NCBI GenBank assembly: GCA_963766075.1
Contig: CAVYAN010000071.1
Span: 1-38,638 of the forward strand
Origin: an uncultured cyanobacterium
GTDB taxonomy: Bacteria > Cyanobacteriota > Cyanobacteriia > Leptolyngbyales > Leptolyngbyaceae
Reading direction: 5' to 3'
Length of the DNA stretch: 38,638 bases
The notes below the pieces were generated by a model that ran no database searches, had not been told where the DNA came from, and saw only the letters and a program-made list of their open reading frames with translations. The position numbers and the translations under genes were made by a program. Shown here piece by piece: positions 1 to 11,097 of the stretch. Numbering within the stretch: position 1 is the first letter of the stretch; each line of letters begins with the position of its first letter.

Positions 1-259
1 TAAAGGCAATGCCGCCAATGTGATCTTCGTGCCCGTGGGTCACGATCATGCCCTTGATTTTGTGGCGGTTTTCCCGCAGATAAGTCATGTCTGGTAAAAC
101 AATGTTCACCCCATGCATTCCATCCGTGGGAAAGGCAAGTCCAGCATCTAGGAGAATAATTTCATCATTAATCTCAAATACACAGGTGTTTTTGCCGATT
201 TCATGCAAGCCACCCAGAGGAATTACCTTCAGGACAGGGGATGATTTGGATTGGGTCAT
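1..259 (-). CDS. rnj: Ribonuclease J, 5' part (runs off the window start)
   Basis: Not in the ORF track. Manual translation from ATG at 259: MTQSKSSPVLKVIPLGGLHEIGKNTCVFEINDEIILLDAGLAFP...MIVTHGHEDHIGGIAF. Has PLGGxxEIGKN and the metallo-beta-lactamase HxHxDH motif; lies downstream of dapA as is usual in cyanobacteria. Confidence 0.95.
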   Translation of the reverse strand, partial: MTQSKSSPVLKVIPLGGLHEIGKNTCVFEINDEIILLDAGLAFPTDGMHGVNIVLPDMTYLRENRHKIKGMIVTHGHEDHIGGIAF

Positions 260-622
260 AGAGTTCCTTAGACGAACGGTGAGTAAATAAAATCAGGCGA
301 ATCTAGTCGATTTTTAAAGGTGGCCTTGCAAAGATGGCCTAGCCCGTCTGCGCGTCATTACCAAGAGTGGCAGGCGAGAAATGGCAGTGCAGCGTGGCAA
401 TCGCCTGCACAAACTTCCTCAACGGTATAAATTGTGTCGAAAAAAACGGTAAATATTGAAAATACATAGGCGGCTCAGTGGCATTTCAAAACGTGTCAAA
501 AAAGTGTTTCAGTCCGAAACGTGGGTACGGTAGATATTCAGTTGTCAAAAACTTTAGGAAGGATATAGCCCTTAGATTGCTCTTGGCTGGCGTCGGCTCT
601 GAGACATACCGCGCCCAAGCCA

Positions 623-1507
623 CTACAGCAATGACAATGCTGTCATCACAGAACGTACAGATAACACGATGTCCTCTGGACAATCGAGCAATGGTAGACG
701 ACAGGAACCCGCCTGCCAACCTTGAAGCTTCAGTGCTGCTTTAACCGGGAGCGGATTGGCAGTCGCGAACAAGACTTTAAACAAAGGAAACAACGTTAGG
801 TGAATATCAGTAGCAACTTGGATCTGTCCAGACTCAAAAGCACGAATCATTTGCTGTAATTGAGGCCCCACCAAATGGCTGGCGACACTCACAATGCCCT
901 TCGCACCCACTGCCAACAAGGGCAAGGTAATCGAGTCATCTCCAGAATAGATGGAAAATGCAGCAGAAGTGGATCGCCGAATCTCACTCGCTTGATCAAT
1001 ATTCCCACTGGCTTCCTTAATCGCCACAATATTTGGAATTTCTGCCAAACGAATTGTGGTTTCTGCAGCCAAATTAGTTCCTGTCCGACCCGGCACGTTA
1101 TACAACATGACCGGTAGATCAGGCGCTGCCTCTGCGATCGCCCGAAAGTGCTGATAAAGCCCTTCTTGCGGCGGCTTGTTGTAGTAAGGGACAACCTGTA
1201 ACGATCCATCTAACCCTAGTGTAGCCGCTTTTCGGGTCGCTGTGATCGCTTCTTCCGTAGAATTTGATCCCGTGCCTGCAATCACCTTGGCTTTGCCCGC
1301 CACGGCTTGCTGCACCACGCGAAACATTTCAAACTCTTCGTCCCAAGAAAGTGTCGGCGATTCCCCCGTTGTCCCACACACGACCAGTGTATCAGTGCCA
1401 TTTTCAACCAGATGCACCGCCAATTTTTCCACCAAAGCAAAGTTAACGCTGCCGTCTGGGTTAAACGGCGTAATCATGGCAGTTAAAACACGTCCAAAAT
1501 CAGTCAC
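623..1507 (-). CDS. dapA: 4-hydroxy-tetrahydrodipicolinate synthase
   Basis: Motifs [30 protein letters not shown] (Schiff-base Lys), YSGDD. Likely start GTG at 1507; ORF track extends to 1534. Confidence 0.96.
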   Translation of the reverse strand: MTDFGRVLTAMITPFNPDGSVNFALVEKLAVHLVENGTDTLVVCGTTGESPTLSWDEEFEMFRVVQQAVAGKAKVIAGTGSNSTEEAITATRKAATLGLDGSLQVVPYYNKPPQEGLYQHFRAIAEAAPDLPVMLYNVPGRTGTNLAAETTIRLAEIPNIVAIKEASGNIDQASEIRRSTSAAFSIYSGDDSITLPLLAVGAKGIVSVASHLVGPQLQQMIRAFESGQIQVATDIHLTLFPLFKVLFATANPLPVKAALKLQGWQAGSCRLPLLDCPEDIVLSVRSVMTALSLL

Positions 1508-1586
1508 GGCAGGGGCAAGGGGGAATGGGGACAACGATATGGGAACACAAGAATAATGAGGACATGGCTAGGGGGCAATCCCAAAC

Positions 1587-2627
1587 CTATGTTGCAGCGG
1601 CCATCTCTGGCTTGACTAAATTTTTCTCAATCAATAACTCGGCGATTTGCACCGCATTTAAGGCGGCACCTTTGCGAATTTGGTCGCCACAGAGCCAGAG
1701 GTCAATCGCGTTGGGATTAGACAAATCCTGCCGGATCCGGCCCACCAGCACCTCATCCTGTCCACTGGCATCCATGGGCATGGGGAAATAATTCGTGGAC
1801 CAATCTTCCACAAGCTTAACCCCATCCGCCCGCCGGATAGCTTCACGAGCAGCATCCAAGGGAAAGGGCTGCTCAAATTCTAGGTTAATCGCCTCAGAGT
1901 GGGCACGCAGGACGGGCACGCGGATACAAGTAGCCGTAATCCGCAAACCGGGCTCACCCAGAATTTTGCGGCTTTCGTTCACCATTTTGAGCTCTTCCTC
2001 GCAGTAGCCATTGGGGCTTAGGGCGGAGTTATGGGGAAATAGGTTGAAGGCGAGGGGGTAAGGAAAAATTTCAGCAATGGGAGCAACCCCGTCAAGAATG
2101 GCACGCGATTGCAGCTTCACTTCTTCCATCGCCCTGGCTCCGGCTCCACTAGCAGACTGGTAGGTAGAGGCGACAATGCGGCGAATCGGCTGGATTTGGT
2201 GCAGGGGGTAGATGGCCACAGCCATCAAAATTGTGGTGCAGTTGGGATTGGCAATAATGCCGCGATGCCCAGCCGCTGCCCCTGGGTTTACCTCTGGCAC
2301 AACCAGCGGCACGGTGGGGTCCATCCGAAAGGCACTGGAGTTGTCGATCATGATCGCCCCCGCGGCCACGATTTGACGAGCCCATGCCTTAGAGGTAGAC
2401 CCGCCCGCCGAAGCCAACACAATATCAATATTGTCGAAACTGCGATCGCTCACCGCTTCAATCACCAAATCATCACCTTTAAACCTTAGGCTCTGACCTG
2501 CAGACCGAGGCGATGCCAGCAATCTGAGCTCTGACAGAGGAAAATCTCGAGACTCCAATAATTCTAATAGCTCGGTGCCGACAGCTCCCGTGGCACCCAG
2601 AATGGCAACGCGATACAACTGGGCCAA
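1587..2627 (-). CDS. asd: Aspartate-semialdehyde dehydrogenase
   Basis: GATGAVG, DNSSAFRM, ANPNCTT (catalytic Cys), RVPVLRAHSE, DQIRKGAALNAVQIAE. TTG start with GGAGGAG RBS at 2636-2642. Confidence 0.97.
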   Translation of the reverse strand: MAQLYRVAILGATGAVGTELLELLESRDFPLSELRLLASPRSAGQSLRFKGDDLVIEAVSDRSFDNIDIVLASAGGSTSKAWARQIVAAGAIMIDNSSAFRMDPTVPLVVPEVNPGAAAGHRGIIANPNCTTILMAVAIYPLHQIQPIRRIVASTYQSASGAGARAMEEVKLQSRAILDGVAPIAEIFPYPLAFNLFPHNSALSPNGYCEEELKMVNESRKILGEPGLRITATCIRVPVLRAHSEAINLEFEQPFPLDAAREAIRRADGVKLVEDWSTNYFPMPMDASGQDEVLVGRIRQDLSNPNAIDLWLCGDQIRKGAALNAVQIAELLIEKNLVKPEMAAAT

Positions 2628-3562
2628 AACAAATACTCCTCCAAAAAATCAATTAATCCGATTTTATCAAGCCAGCTTATGCAGCAAGCGGAATGGCCTA
2701 TGCCTGAAATGGCCTATGAATACAGGTCCATGAAGACGAAGATCTTGAGGGTCGCACCCTAGCCGCTCAAATCTCCGGCATTGGGAGTCTAGATACATTC
2801 AGCAGATTATTAATCCCCGACGACAATACAAATATACTAATAAACTGATAGTAATACCAATAAAAACAGTGCATTAAATCAAGTCATAACTAAAAAAATT
2901 AAAAACAAAAATATCTACTGAAGGGATAAGAGGGACGAACTGGGCATCTGTCACCATTTCCAATTGGCCTAGCTCTTATAAAATTATCCGATCCCAGAGA
3001 TCCCCTTATGGTTGCGTTCAATAAAGCCATTCAATGACTCCAGATCCCCCAATTTCCTGAGGCCCACCCAATTTTCTGAGGCCCGAAAGCCCAGAGTCCG
3101 TTGCATCCTAGATACCTGGCCATGATATCTCTACCCTAGAAAACCTCGATGATTAATTCTTCAAGCAAGAATAACTTCTTAAGTCTGCTAAGTTAAAACC
3201 ACCCTATACCAAATCTCACAGCGAGGAGCACACCGTTGACTAAAATTATACTTCCTAGGCTTCAACTTCTTTTGCCTCGTACGCTCTGAAGATTACGCCT
3301 GTCAGCCGCGCTTGTCTAGTCCAGCCATAGCATTTTATACATTTTTCATAAAATTTGCAGGATTGTTTATGGGTATTGGGATTCCTCGCTGAAAGTACCG
3401 GAAACACCACATCGCCTTGATTCGTCCCGACCTTCCGACCTGAACCCGACCTGAACGTTAAGATTCGCCTTAATGAATCTGCCAACCGGAATCAGAATCA
3501 GTTACCATAGCTAACTGCTGTCTAAAATCCACTCTCCACATAGTTTGGGAATCCGTATACCG

Positions 3563-5104
3563 ATGAAAGTTACTCAGGAAAAGCTCCCTGCCAGTCAAGT
3601 TGGCTTGGAAATTGAAATCACCCCCGAAATGACCAAGAAAGCTTACGAGCAGGTGATCCAAAAATTCACCCGTTCGGCGAATATTCCTGGGTTCCGCAAA
3701 GGTAAGGTACCGCGTCAAGTATTGGTGCAGCGGTTTGGGGTGATGCAGTTAAAGGCAGCAGCCTTGGAAGAATTAATTGACGAGAGTTTGAAAGCAGCCA
3801 TCAAGCAGGAAAGCCTTGAGACCTTGGGCAATTATCAGTTGCGATTGCCCTTCGAGGATCTAATTACCCATTACGAACCCGGTACGCCTCTGACTTTCTC
3901 CGCCTCTGTGGATGTACCCCCCACGGTCACCCTAGCAAAATACAAAGATTTGAAAGTGGCGGCAGAGGAAATTCTCTTCAAAACAGAGCGGGTTGATGAG
4001 GTGATCGAAAACTATCGCACCCAACTGGCCACCGTTGTGCCGGTGGAAGATCGGGAAGCTCAAGACAAGGATATTGCCGTTGTGGATTTCAAGGGTATCC
4101 TGCCCGTGGAAAACGGCGAACCTGAGGATTTTCCGGGCAATCAAGCCGAGGACTTTCAGGTAGAACTCACCGCCGGCAAGTTTATTCCTGGCTTTACGGA
4201 AGGAATCATTGGCATGAAACCTGGGGAAACACGAGAAATTGCTATAAATTTCCCCGACGATTATCCCCAGGCAGAACTGGCGGGTCGGGCGGTCATCTTT
4301 ACGGTAGACATGAAGGAGCTGAAAACACGGGAATTGCCCGAACTCGATGATGATTTTGCTAAGGATGTCAACGAAGAGTACGAAACCTTGGCCGCTCTGC
4401 GGGAATCTCTGGAAAAACGCTTTACCGAAGAGGCTGAAGACAAGACCCGAGCTAACAAGGAGCAGGCCATCCTAGATGAGCTTTTAAAACACATTGAAGT
4501 CGATCTCCCCGAAACGTTGATTGATCGCGAGTTGGACTTCATGCTGCGCCAGACAGCGATGCAGTTGCAGAATCAAGGGCTAAATATCCGCCAATTCTTT
4601 ACCGAAGACACCGTCGCCATGATGAAGCAGCGATCGCGCCCCGAGGCCATTGATCGCATCAAGCGTACGTTGGCCCTAGGGGAGGTGGCAAAACAGGAAA
4701 GCATTAAGACAGAGGCAGCGGAACTCAACCTTAAGGTTGAGGAAATGCTCGAAAGCCTGGGAGATATGGAGGTAAGCCGCGATCGCGTTGTCAGCGTGGT
4801 GGAAGAAGATCTACTCAAGGAAAAGATTATGGACTGGCTCCTAGAAAATAGCACCATTGATCTTGTCCCCGAAGGCAGCCTCACCCCGGCAGAGATTCCA
4901 GATGAATTCTCAGGTGAGCTGGCAACCGAAGCGCTTCCAGAAGGTCCAGCGGAAGACTTAGAAGGCAACGCCTCATCTGAATCGGCGGCAGTAGAAGCCA
5001 CAGTAGAAGTTGTCACTGAAACCGAGCCTTCCACCAAGCCCAAAAAGTCTGCGGCTAAGTCTACCGCTAAATCAAAAGCCAAAGACGACTCTGAGCCAGC
5101 CTAA
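3563..5104 (+). CDS. tig: Trigger factor with acidic/Lys-rich low-complexity C-terminal tail
   Basis: Ribosome-binding signature IPGFRKGKVP; FKBP domain (VDFKG, FIPGFTEGIIGMKPGE, FPDDY); upstream of clpP-clpX. ATG at 3563 preferred over TTG at 3545. Confidence 0.97.
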   Translation: MKVTQEKLPASQVGLEIEITPEMTKKAYEQVIQKFTRSANIPGFRKGKVPRQVLVQRFGVMQLKAAALEELIDESLKAAIKQESLETLGNYQLRLPFEDLITHYEPGTPLTFSASVDVPPTVTLAKYKDLKVAAEEILFKTERVDEVIENYRTQLATVVPVEDREAQDKDIAVVDFKGILPVENGEPEDFPGNQAEDFQVELTAGKFIPGFTEGIIGMKPGETREIAINFPDDYPQAELAGRAVIFTVDMKELKTRELPELDDDFAKDVNEEYETLAALRESLEKRFTEEAEDKTRANKEQAILDELLKHIEVDLPETLIDRELDFMLRQTAMQLQNQGLNIRQFFTEDTVAMMKQRSRPEAIDRIKRTLALGEVAKQESIKTEAAELNLKVEEMLESLGDMEVSRDRVVSVVEEDLLKEKIMDWLLENSTIDLVPEGSLTPAEIPDEFSGELATEALPEGPAEDLEGNASSESAAVEATVEVVTETEPSTKPKKSAAKSTAKSKAKDDSEPA

Positions 5105-5136
5105 GCATCCTACTGATCACGCGATCATGCTCAAGG

Positions 5137-5190
5137 GGGGCATGTAGGCGCTATGTCCCCACCTACATTTCGATATGCCCCAGTCTTTTT
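5137..5190 (+). terminator. Possible stem-loop/terminator after tig
   Basis: GGGGCAT (5137-5143) pairs with ATGCCCC (5175-5181), inner GTAGG/CCTAC stem, followed by AGTCTTTTT. Imperfect and bulged. Confidence 0.35.
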
Positions 5191-5339
5191 CAGGTCGTCC
5201 CGTAAGTCCAGGATTAGTTGAGGCATAATGGTGCCAGGAGACTCACAGAAAGACAGCGGTTTTGCTTCCAAAACCCGATCCCAGTGCAGTTACGTCCACT
5301 TGTCAGCCTTGCCGTGATTTTCCAGCGATCGCTTAACCT

Positions 5340-6026
5340 ATGTTCAACTCTCAATCGCCCCACTATGGAATTCAAAGCTTGAGCTCCCTAGCCTGCATCT
5401 CCTCCCTCGCCCCCCATAGCACGATTCCCATGGTGGTCGAGCAGTCCGGGCGGGGAGAGCGTGCCTTCGATATCTACTCTCGCCTCCTGCGCGAACGAAT
5501 TATTTTTTTGGGAACGCCTGTTGATGACACCGTTGCCGATTCCATCGTGGCGCAACTTCTGTTTCTGGATGCCGAGGATCCCGAGAAAGATATTCAGCTT
5601 TATATTAATTCTCCTGGTGGCTCCATTTACGCAGGCATGGCAATCTATGACACAATGCAGCAAGTTCGCTGCGATGTTGCTACCATCTGCTATGGTTTAG
5701 CTGCAAGTATGGGTGCTTTTTTGCTAGCAGCGGGTGCAAAGGGGAAGCGCATGTCTTTACCCAGTTCCCGGATCATGATTCACCAGCCACTTGGGGGTGC
5801 CCAGGGTCAGGCAGTGGATATTGAAATTCAGGCAAAGGAAATCCTCTACCACAAGCGCACGCTGAACGAGTTGCTGGCTCATCACACGGGACAGCCACTA
5901 GAGCGACTGGAAACGGATACGGAGCGGGACTTTTTTATGTCCGCTGCCGAAGCGACCGACTACGGATTGATTGACCGGGTGATTGCACGTTCTCCCAAGA
6001 CCGAGCCAGCCATTGCAGCCGTCTAA
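5340..6026 (+). CDS. clpP: ATP-dependent Clp protease proteolytic subunit
   Basis: [30 protein letters not shown] (Ser), MIHQP (His), ERDFFMSA; between tig and clpX. Start uncertain because of an N-terminal extension. Confidence 0.97.
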   Translation: MFNSQSPHYGIQSLSSLACISSLAPHSTIPMVVEQSGRGERAFDIYSRLLRERIIFLGTPVDDTVADSIVAQLLFLDAEDPEKDIQLYINSPGGSIYAGMAIYDTMQQVRCDVATICYGLAASMGAFLLAAGAKGKRMSLPSSRIMIHQPLGGAQGQAVDIEIQAKEILYHKRTLNELLAHHTGQPLERLETDTERDFFMSAAEATDYGLIDRVIARSPKTEPAIAAV

Positions 6027-6041
6027 GCTTACGAGGCAGAT

Positions 6042-7394
6042 ATGTCCAAATATGACTCCCATCTGAAATGTTCCTTCTGTGGCAAGTCGCAAGAGCAGGT
6101 CCGCAAGCTAATTGCTGGGCCGGGAGTCTATATTTGCGACGAGTGCGTGGACCTATGTAACGAAATCCTAGACGAGGAGCTGTTTGACTCCAGTGCAACC
6201 GCACCGCAGCCGGTGCCGCGCCGTGAACAGTCTCCCGAAAAGCGGAAAACGCGATCATCCAATATTTCGCTGAATCAAATTCCGAAGCCTCGCGAAATCA
6301 AAAAGTATCTTGATGAGTACGTGATCGGCCAAGACGAAGCTAAGAAGGTGCTCTCTGTGGCCGTTTATAACCACTACAAGCGGCTCAGCTTTACCCAAAC
6401 CAAGGGCAGCAGCAAAACGGCGGACGATAATGTTGAGCTGCAGAAGTCTAATATTCTGTTGATTGGGCCGACAGGCTGCGGCAAAACCTTGCTGGCCCAG
6501 ACCCTGGCTGAGATTCTCGATGTACCTTTTGCTGTTGCCGATGCCACGACCCTCACAGAAGCAGGCTATGTCGGTGAAGATGTGGAAAATATTTTGCTGC
6601 GCTTACTCCAGGTCGCTGATTTGGATGTAGAGGAGGCGCAGCGGGGCATTATCTACATTGATGAAATTGACAAAATTGCCCGCAAGAGTGAGAATCCCTC
6701 CATTACCCGCGATGTTTCCGGAGAAGGCGTTCAGCAGGCGCTATTGAAGATGTTGGAGGGAACCGTTGCCAATGTCCCGCCCCAGGGAGGACGCAAGCAT
6801 CCGTATCAGGACTGCATCCAAATTGATACCAGTAATATTTTGTTTGTCTGCGGTGGCGCGTTTGTGGGACTGGATAAGGCGATCGAGCAACGGGTCGGTA
6901 AGAAGTCCATGGGCTTTGTCCAACCTGGCGTAGAGCTCAGTACGGTTTCCCCTAAGGAAAAGCGGACAGCAGATACCCTCAAGCAGCTCGAACCAGATGA
7001 CTTGGTTAAGTTTGGCATGATTCCAGAGTTCATCGGTCGGATTCCGGTCATGGCGGTGGTTGATCCGTTGGATGAAGATGCCCTCACGGCAATTTTGACC
7101 GAGCCCAAGAGTGCGCTGGTGAAGCAATACCAAAAGCTGCTGAAGATGGACAATGTCGATCTTGAGTTTAAGCCCGATGCTGTCCGGGCGATCGCCCAAG
7201 AAGCCTATCGCCGCAAAACGGGTGCCCGCGCCCTGCGCAGCATTGTTGAGGAGTTGATGTTGGACGTAATGTACGAATTGCCCTCCCGCAAAGATGTCAC
7301 CCGCTGTATGATCACCCGCGAGATGGTAGAGAAGCGATCAACCGCAGAACTCTTGGTTCACCCCTCGTCTTTACCTAAACCTGAATCTGCTTAG
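6042..7394 (+). CDS. clpX: ATP-dependent Clp protease ATP-binding subunit ClpX
   Basis: Zn finger CSFCGK...CDECVDLC, Walker [17 protein letters not shown], Walker B YIDEIDK, RKH loop, TGARAL. Confidence 0.98.
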   Translation: MSKYDSHLKCSFCGKSQEQVRKLIAGPGVYICDECVDLCNEILDEELFDSSATAPQPVPRREQSPEKRKTRSSNISLNQIPKPREIKKYLDEYVIGQDEAKKVLSVAVYNHYKRLSFTQTKGSSKTADDNVELQKSNILLIGPTGCGKTLLAQTLAEILDVPFAVADATTLTEAGYVGEDVENILLRLLQVADLDVEEAQRGIIYIDEIDKIARKSENPSITRDVSGEGVQQALLKMLEGTVANVPPQGGRKHPYQDCIQIDTSNILFVCGGAFVGLDKAIEQRVGKKSMGFVQPGVELSTVSPKEKRTADTLKQLEPDDLVKFGMIPEFIGRIPVMAVVDPLDEDALTAILTEPKSALVKQYQKLLKMDNVDLEFKPDAVRAIAQEAYRRKTGARALRSIVEELMLDVMYELPSRKDVTRCMITREMVEKRSTAELLVHPSSLPKPESA

Positions 7395-7401
7395 ATCGCT
7401 C

Positions 7402-8274
7402 ATGCCCTATCTGCCCATCCGCGGATGCAATCACTACTATGAATGGCTGACGGCCACGGGCGCGGATCCGACAGGCAAGCCTGTTTTGGTATTTATTCAC
7501 GGTTGGGGCGGCTCGGCACGGTATTGGGAGAGCACGGCTGAGGCCGTGAAGGATGATTTTGACTGTTTGCTGTATGACATGCGGGGCTTTGGTCGATTGC
7601 GCGATCGGCAGGCTCCTTGCCCTGAAGACCCTGACGCTGCAGAGTCTAGTTACGAATTAGAAACCTATGCCGAGGACCTAGCCACTCTGCTAGAGCGCTT
7701 GGGGGTGTCCCTGATTTATTTGAATGCACACTCCATGGGTGCTTCCGTGGCTACGTTTTTTCTGAATTTATATCCAGAGCGGGTAGAGCGGGCTATCCTG
7801 ACCTGTAGCGGCATTTTTGAATACGACAAGGCAGCTTTTGAAGCATTTTATACATTTGGCGGCTACGTGGTTAGATTTCGCCCCAAGTGGTTATATGACC
7901 TGCCTTTCATGGACCGACTCTTTATGCAGCGGTTTCTGCACCGTCCTTTACCCGGAGCCATTAGCCGTGCGTTTCTAGATGACTTTGTCATGGCGGACTA
8001 TGAAGCGGCCTTGGGTACAATTTTTACCTGTGTTAGTAAAAAGGCGGCAATGGTCATGCCGGGAGAATTCGCCCGCTTGTCGGTGCCGACGCTAATGATT
8101 TCTGGCGATCGCGACATTATCATTCCCCTAAGCCTCGCTCAAAATGCGGCTGCCCTCAACGAAAACGTGGCGCTGATTACTATGGCTGATACAGCCCACT
8201 TTCCCATGCTAGAAGATCCCCCAACTTATTTGCAGCACATGCGGCAGTTCTTAGCGGGAAAAAACATTGATTAA
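7402..8274 (+). CDS. Alpha/beta fold hydrolase
   Basis: HGWGG oxyanion motif, DMRGFG, nucleophile elbow AHSMG, GDRD, AHFPMLE; starts 7 bp after clpX. Confidence 0.88.
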   Translation: MPYLPIRGCNHYYEWLTATGADPTGKPVLVFIHGWGGSARYWESTAEAVKDDFDCLLYDMRGFGRLRDRQAPCPEDPDAAESSYELETYAEDLATLLERLGVSLIYLNAHSMGASVATFFLNLYPERVERAILTCSGIFEYDKAAFEAFYTFGGYVVRFRPKWLYDLPFMDRLFMQRFLHRPLPGAISRAFLDDFVMADYEAALGTIFTCVSKKAAMVMPGEFARLSVPTLMISGDRDIIIPLSLAQNAAALNENVALITMADTAHFPMLEDPPTYLQHMRQFLAGKNID

Positions 8275-8780
8275 GCTCCAATATTTAGCTATGGGGAGGC
8301 AAGTTCCTTAGCAACATGTGCTATGCCTCTCAAATATCTGTAAATTTGCGGGTATGCACTGCGGCAGATTTCAGAATTTTCAGAATATTCTTTTTCAGAA
8401 TAGATATTTCAGTGCGTAAATTTGTGTAGGGTAAAACCTACTCATAGCAGGGATATTGCCGATTGCGTTATCTGTCCTTGCTAAGGCTATTTCAGATTTC
8501 TAGACCTAATTGCAGCATTTCTCATACAGTATGCTATTGCCAACAATCACTATAATCTTTCGCGACTTAAGTGACGCTTAAGACTAGAAGGATTAACATA
8601 CGATACTCCTACCAGACTCAGTTTATGAGGCAATAATTACGGATTGTTAAGATAAATAATTACCTCTCAGAAACGTTGCGATTTGTTTTCGTGGTTGTTA
8701 CTTTGAATGGGTGCTGAATCTTGGCACAGAGTATTCAATTCAAACCAAACAACGGGCAATCTCGCCTCAAGGTGGATCAC

Positions 8781-8915
8781 ATGATTATCGTAACTCTCGT
8801 AGTGACAACGGGTTGGCTTTTCGCCTCAGTTCTGGGTACATGGGCATACTTTGCGGCGAAGGCATATCTGATTTCTCCCAGATTTAATTCATGTTTCTTT
8901 GTAATACAAATTTGA
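8781..8915 (+). CDS. Probable small (44 aa) single-pass membrane protein
   Basis: MIIVTLVVTTGWLFASVLGTWAYFAAKAY...: hydrophobic helix, AAGGTGG RBS-like sequence just upstream of ATG 8781, terminator downstream. Confidence 0.5.
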   Translation: MIIVTLVVTTGWLFASVLGTWAYFAAKAYLISPRFNSCFFVIQI

Positions 8916-8936
8916 CCTTTGAATAGATTTCCAAGT

Positions 8937-8972
8937 TGAATGCTTAACTAGTTCTGAATGCTTAACTAGTTC
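8937..8972. repeat. Exact 18-bp tandem duplication TGAATGCTTAACTAGTTC x2
   Basis: Units 8937-8954 and 8955-8972, each containing the palindrome AACTAGTT. Confidence 0.9.
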
Positions 8973-8987
8973 AATAGACATTGTCAT

Positions 8988-9028
8988 AAGGACTTCTCAA
9001 AACAATTTGGGAAGTCCTTTTTGTATTT
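8988..9028 (+). terminator. Intrinsic terminator
   Basis: 14-bp stem AAGGACTTCTCAAA / TTTGGGAAGTCCTT with one G-U pair on the + strand RNA, 4-nt loop, then a T-rich tail (TTTGTATTT). Confidence 0.7.
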
Positions 9029-9972
9029 ACCCCCTTGCTTTTCTCGCTTTACCATCTTTTGGGGCTTTGCCATCTTTCTTTCCACTCTTCTATCCTGCTT
9101 TTCTGCCAACTTGGTTTTTAACCTACTTTTCTGTCTCTTTTCATCGATGCCCACATTCTGCATAGAAGCCAGTTCTAGGCAGTGGGACGGCCCAGAACGA
9201 CAAAGGTGTACCCGTGAATACACTACCTGGACTCTTTTCAAGCTGTGTATGTTCACTGCGTCACATTTATACCAACCTTTACCCCAGACTCAAGCGGCTT
9301 CTCAGGCATGAAAGGCCGACTAGTGAATTTAAAGAGTTCATAAACTTAAGTGGAGGCGAATTGATCCTACGTATGAATACGGTAGTATATCTCGTGTAAT
9401 AAGTGAAAAAGCCTCTAATAAGCACACTATCTCTGTAGATGTATTTTTTCATAGGTACATTCCACAGGGAGATGTTGTCAAGTTGGAACTTTCCAAATCT
9501 TTGAGGTGATCTGTAGGGTGCTCTAGTGGATATGATGTGCCGGAACTTAAAGTGTCATAAGAGGTTTTGCATCAGCGTTCAAGACAGTATCGTTTGTATT
9601 TTTGCAGATGACCTATGTTGATTCTAAGGCGATTCGGATTAGAAATAAAAAGATTGGAAATAAAAACTTTCTTGTTTCTGCCATGATTCGCAATTAATTA
9701 TTGTTTGATACGGCTGGGGTATTGAACCCAGAGATTAATTTTTTGATCGTGTAATGCCGTGCAAGTCATGCCGGATGCTTTGCCTGAAATGTCTCAAGAA
9801 GAAGTAGAGCCTGCCTGACGTTAAGTGGGTCCATGTTGGATCTGCCAGTGGATTTTGCTATTGAGGGCATAGATACATCGTTCGTGTACTAAACATCTTG
9901 CGATGATTTTTAGTCTGCGCAAATTTTTGGCTTTGCACAGATCTACGAGTAGTTTCTAGGGGAAAGAAATTT

Positions 9973-10776
9973 ATGGAAGATGGGACTATGGAAATGGAAC
10001 AAGTTCTTCCCGTACGCACATTGATCGGTTGTCCGGTGTCTGCTTTATCATTTGATGAACAAATTAATTTGTTGGTAGGTTGGGCACAGCACCGCATGAG
10101 TAAAGTGGTTTGTGTTGCCAATGTGCACATGTTGATTGAAGCCTATCGAGACTCTAGTTTTGCCGATGTCCTAAAACAAGCCAATTTAGTGACCCCAGAT
10201 GGAATGCCGTTGGTCTGGATGCTGCGCTTATTAGGCTCTCAGCGATCGCAGCGTGTGGCCGGTATGGATTTGTTTTTGGCGACTTGCCAACAGGCGGCGG
10301 CAACCGGAATCAGTGTTTTTTTCCTGGGATCAGAGCCATCCGTTCTCGAGAAAATCCGTGCACGTTTAGTGGAAGAATTCCCAACACTGAAAATTGCAGG
10401 TATGGAGTCCCCCCCTTTTCGTCCCCTCTCCCCAGCAGAAGACCTATCCATTGTGCAAACCATCAATGACAGTGGTGCGGGGATCGTTTTTGTTTCCTTA
10501 GGATGTCCCAAACAGGAACGCTGGATGGCGCAACACTACCAGCAAGTGCAAGCAGTAATGCTCGGGATTGGTGCCGTGTTTCCCTTGTATGCTGGACTCA
10601 TGACTAGAGCCCCGAAACTCGTCCGAAACTCCGGACTCGAGTGGCTGTATCGACTCGGCCAAGAACCCGCCCGATTGTGGAAGCGCTATACAAGCACGAT
10701 TCCGATCTTTCTATGGCTAGCGCTAAAGCAGCTACTGACCAGTAATCTGACTATGGAAACGCCCGAATCCCGCTAA
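9973..10776 (+). CDS. WecB/TagA/CpsF family glycosyltransferase
   Basis: VANVH, TPDGMPLVW, RVAGMDL, FVSLGCPKQERW, GIGAVF, RAP...GLEWLYRL..EPARLWKRY. Confidence 0.93.
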   Translation: MEDGTMEMEQVLPVRTLIGCPVSALSFDEQINLLVGWAQHRMSKVVCVANVHMLIEAYRDSSFADVLKQANLVTPDGMPLVWMLRLLGSQRSQRVAGMDLFLATCQQAAATGISVFFLGSEPSVLEKIRARLVEEFPTLKIAGMESPPFRPLSPAEDLSIVQTINDSGAGIVFVSLGCPKQERWMAQHYQQVQAVMLGIGAVFPLYAGLMTRAPKLVRNSGLEWLYRLGQEPARLWKRYTSTIPIFLWLALKQLLTSNLTMETPESR

Positions 10777-10936
10777 TACCAACCTTTCTAGCACTGTTTC
10801 CAAGATCATCGTCTGCACGCTAGTTTGCAAAGTCAGAAGTAAAAAGGCTGCAGACACAAGGGTGCAATATGCCTGAAAAAGTCAATTTACTCAATAAGAT
10901 ACTTCTATGAAAATAACCCGCCTGTGAACCAGGTTT

Positions 10937-10999
10937 CGACTGCGCTCAATCTTCGCCATCGCGGGTTGAGTGTAGTCGTAGCTGGCTTCCTGCAGGGTA
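10937..10999. repeat. REP-like hairpin (TTCGACTGCGCTCA family) followed by a GTAGC..GCTTCC.G.AGGGTA motif
   Basis: 16-bp stem 10937-10952 / 10963-10978 (four G-U pairs on the + strand); the 22-mer at 10978-10999 matches 22489-22510 at 18 of 22 positions. Lies between convergent genes. Confidence 0.65.
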
Positions 11000-11097
11000 A
11001 CCCAGCCTCCCGAGATGATTTTTTGTTTGTAAGTCCCTAAGGGTTAAGCAGCTATTTTCACCGGGTTGCACAAAATAATCCCCTTCCTCCACATGAG

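Noticed and set aside
8984..9311. Lys/Arg-rich ORF (8984-9256, -) and Phe/Leu-rich ORF (9021-9311, +)
   Set aside because: Both are explained by a pyrimidine-rich tract and overlap the terminator hairpin; no recognisable motif or RBS.
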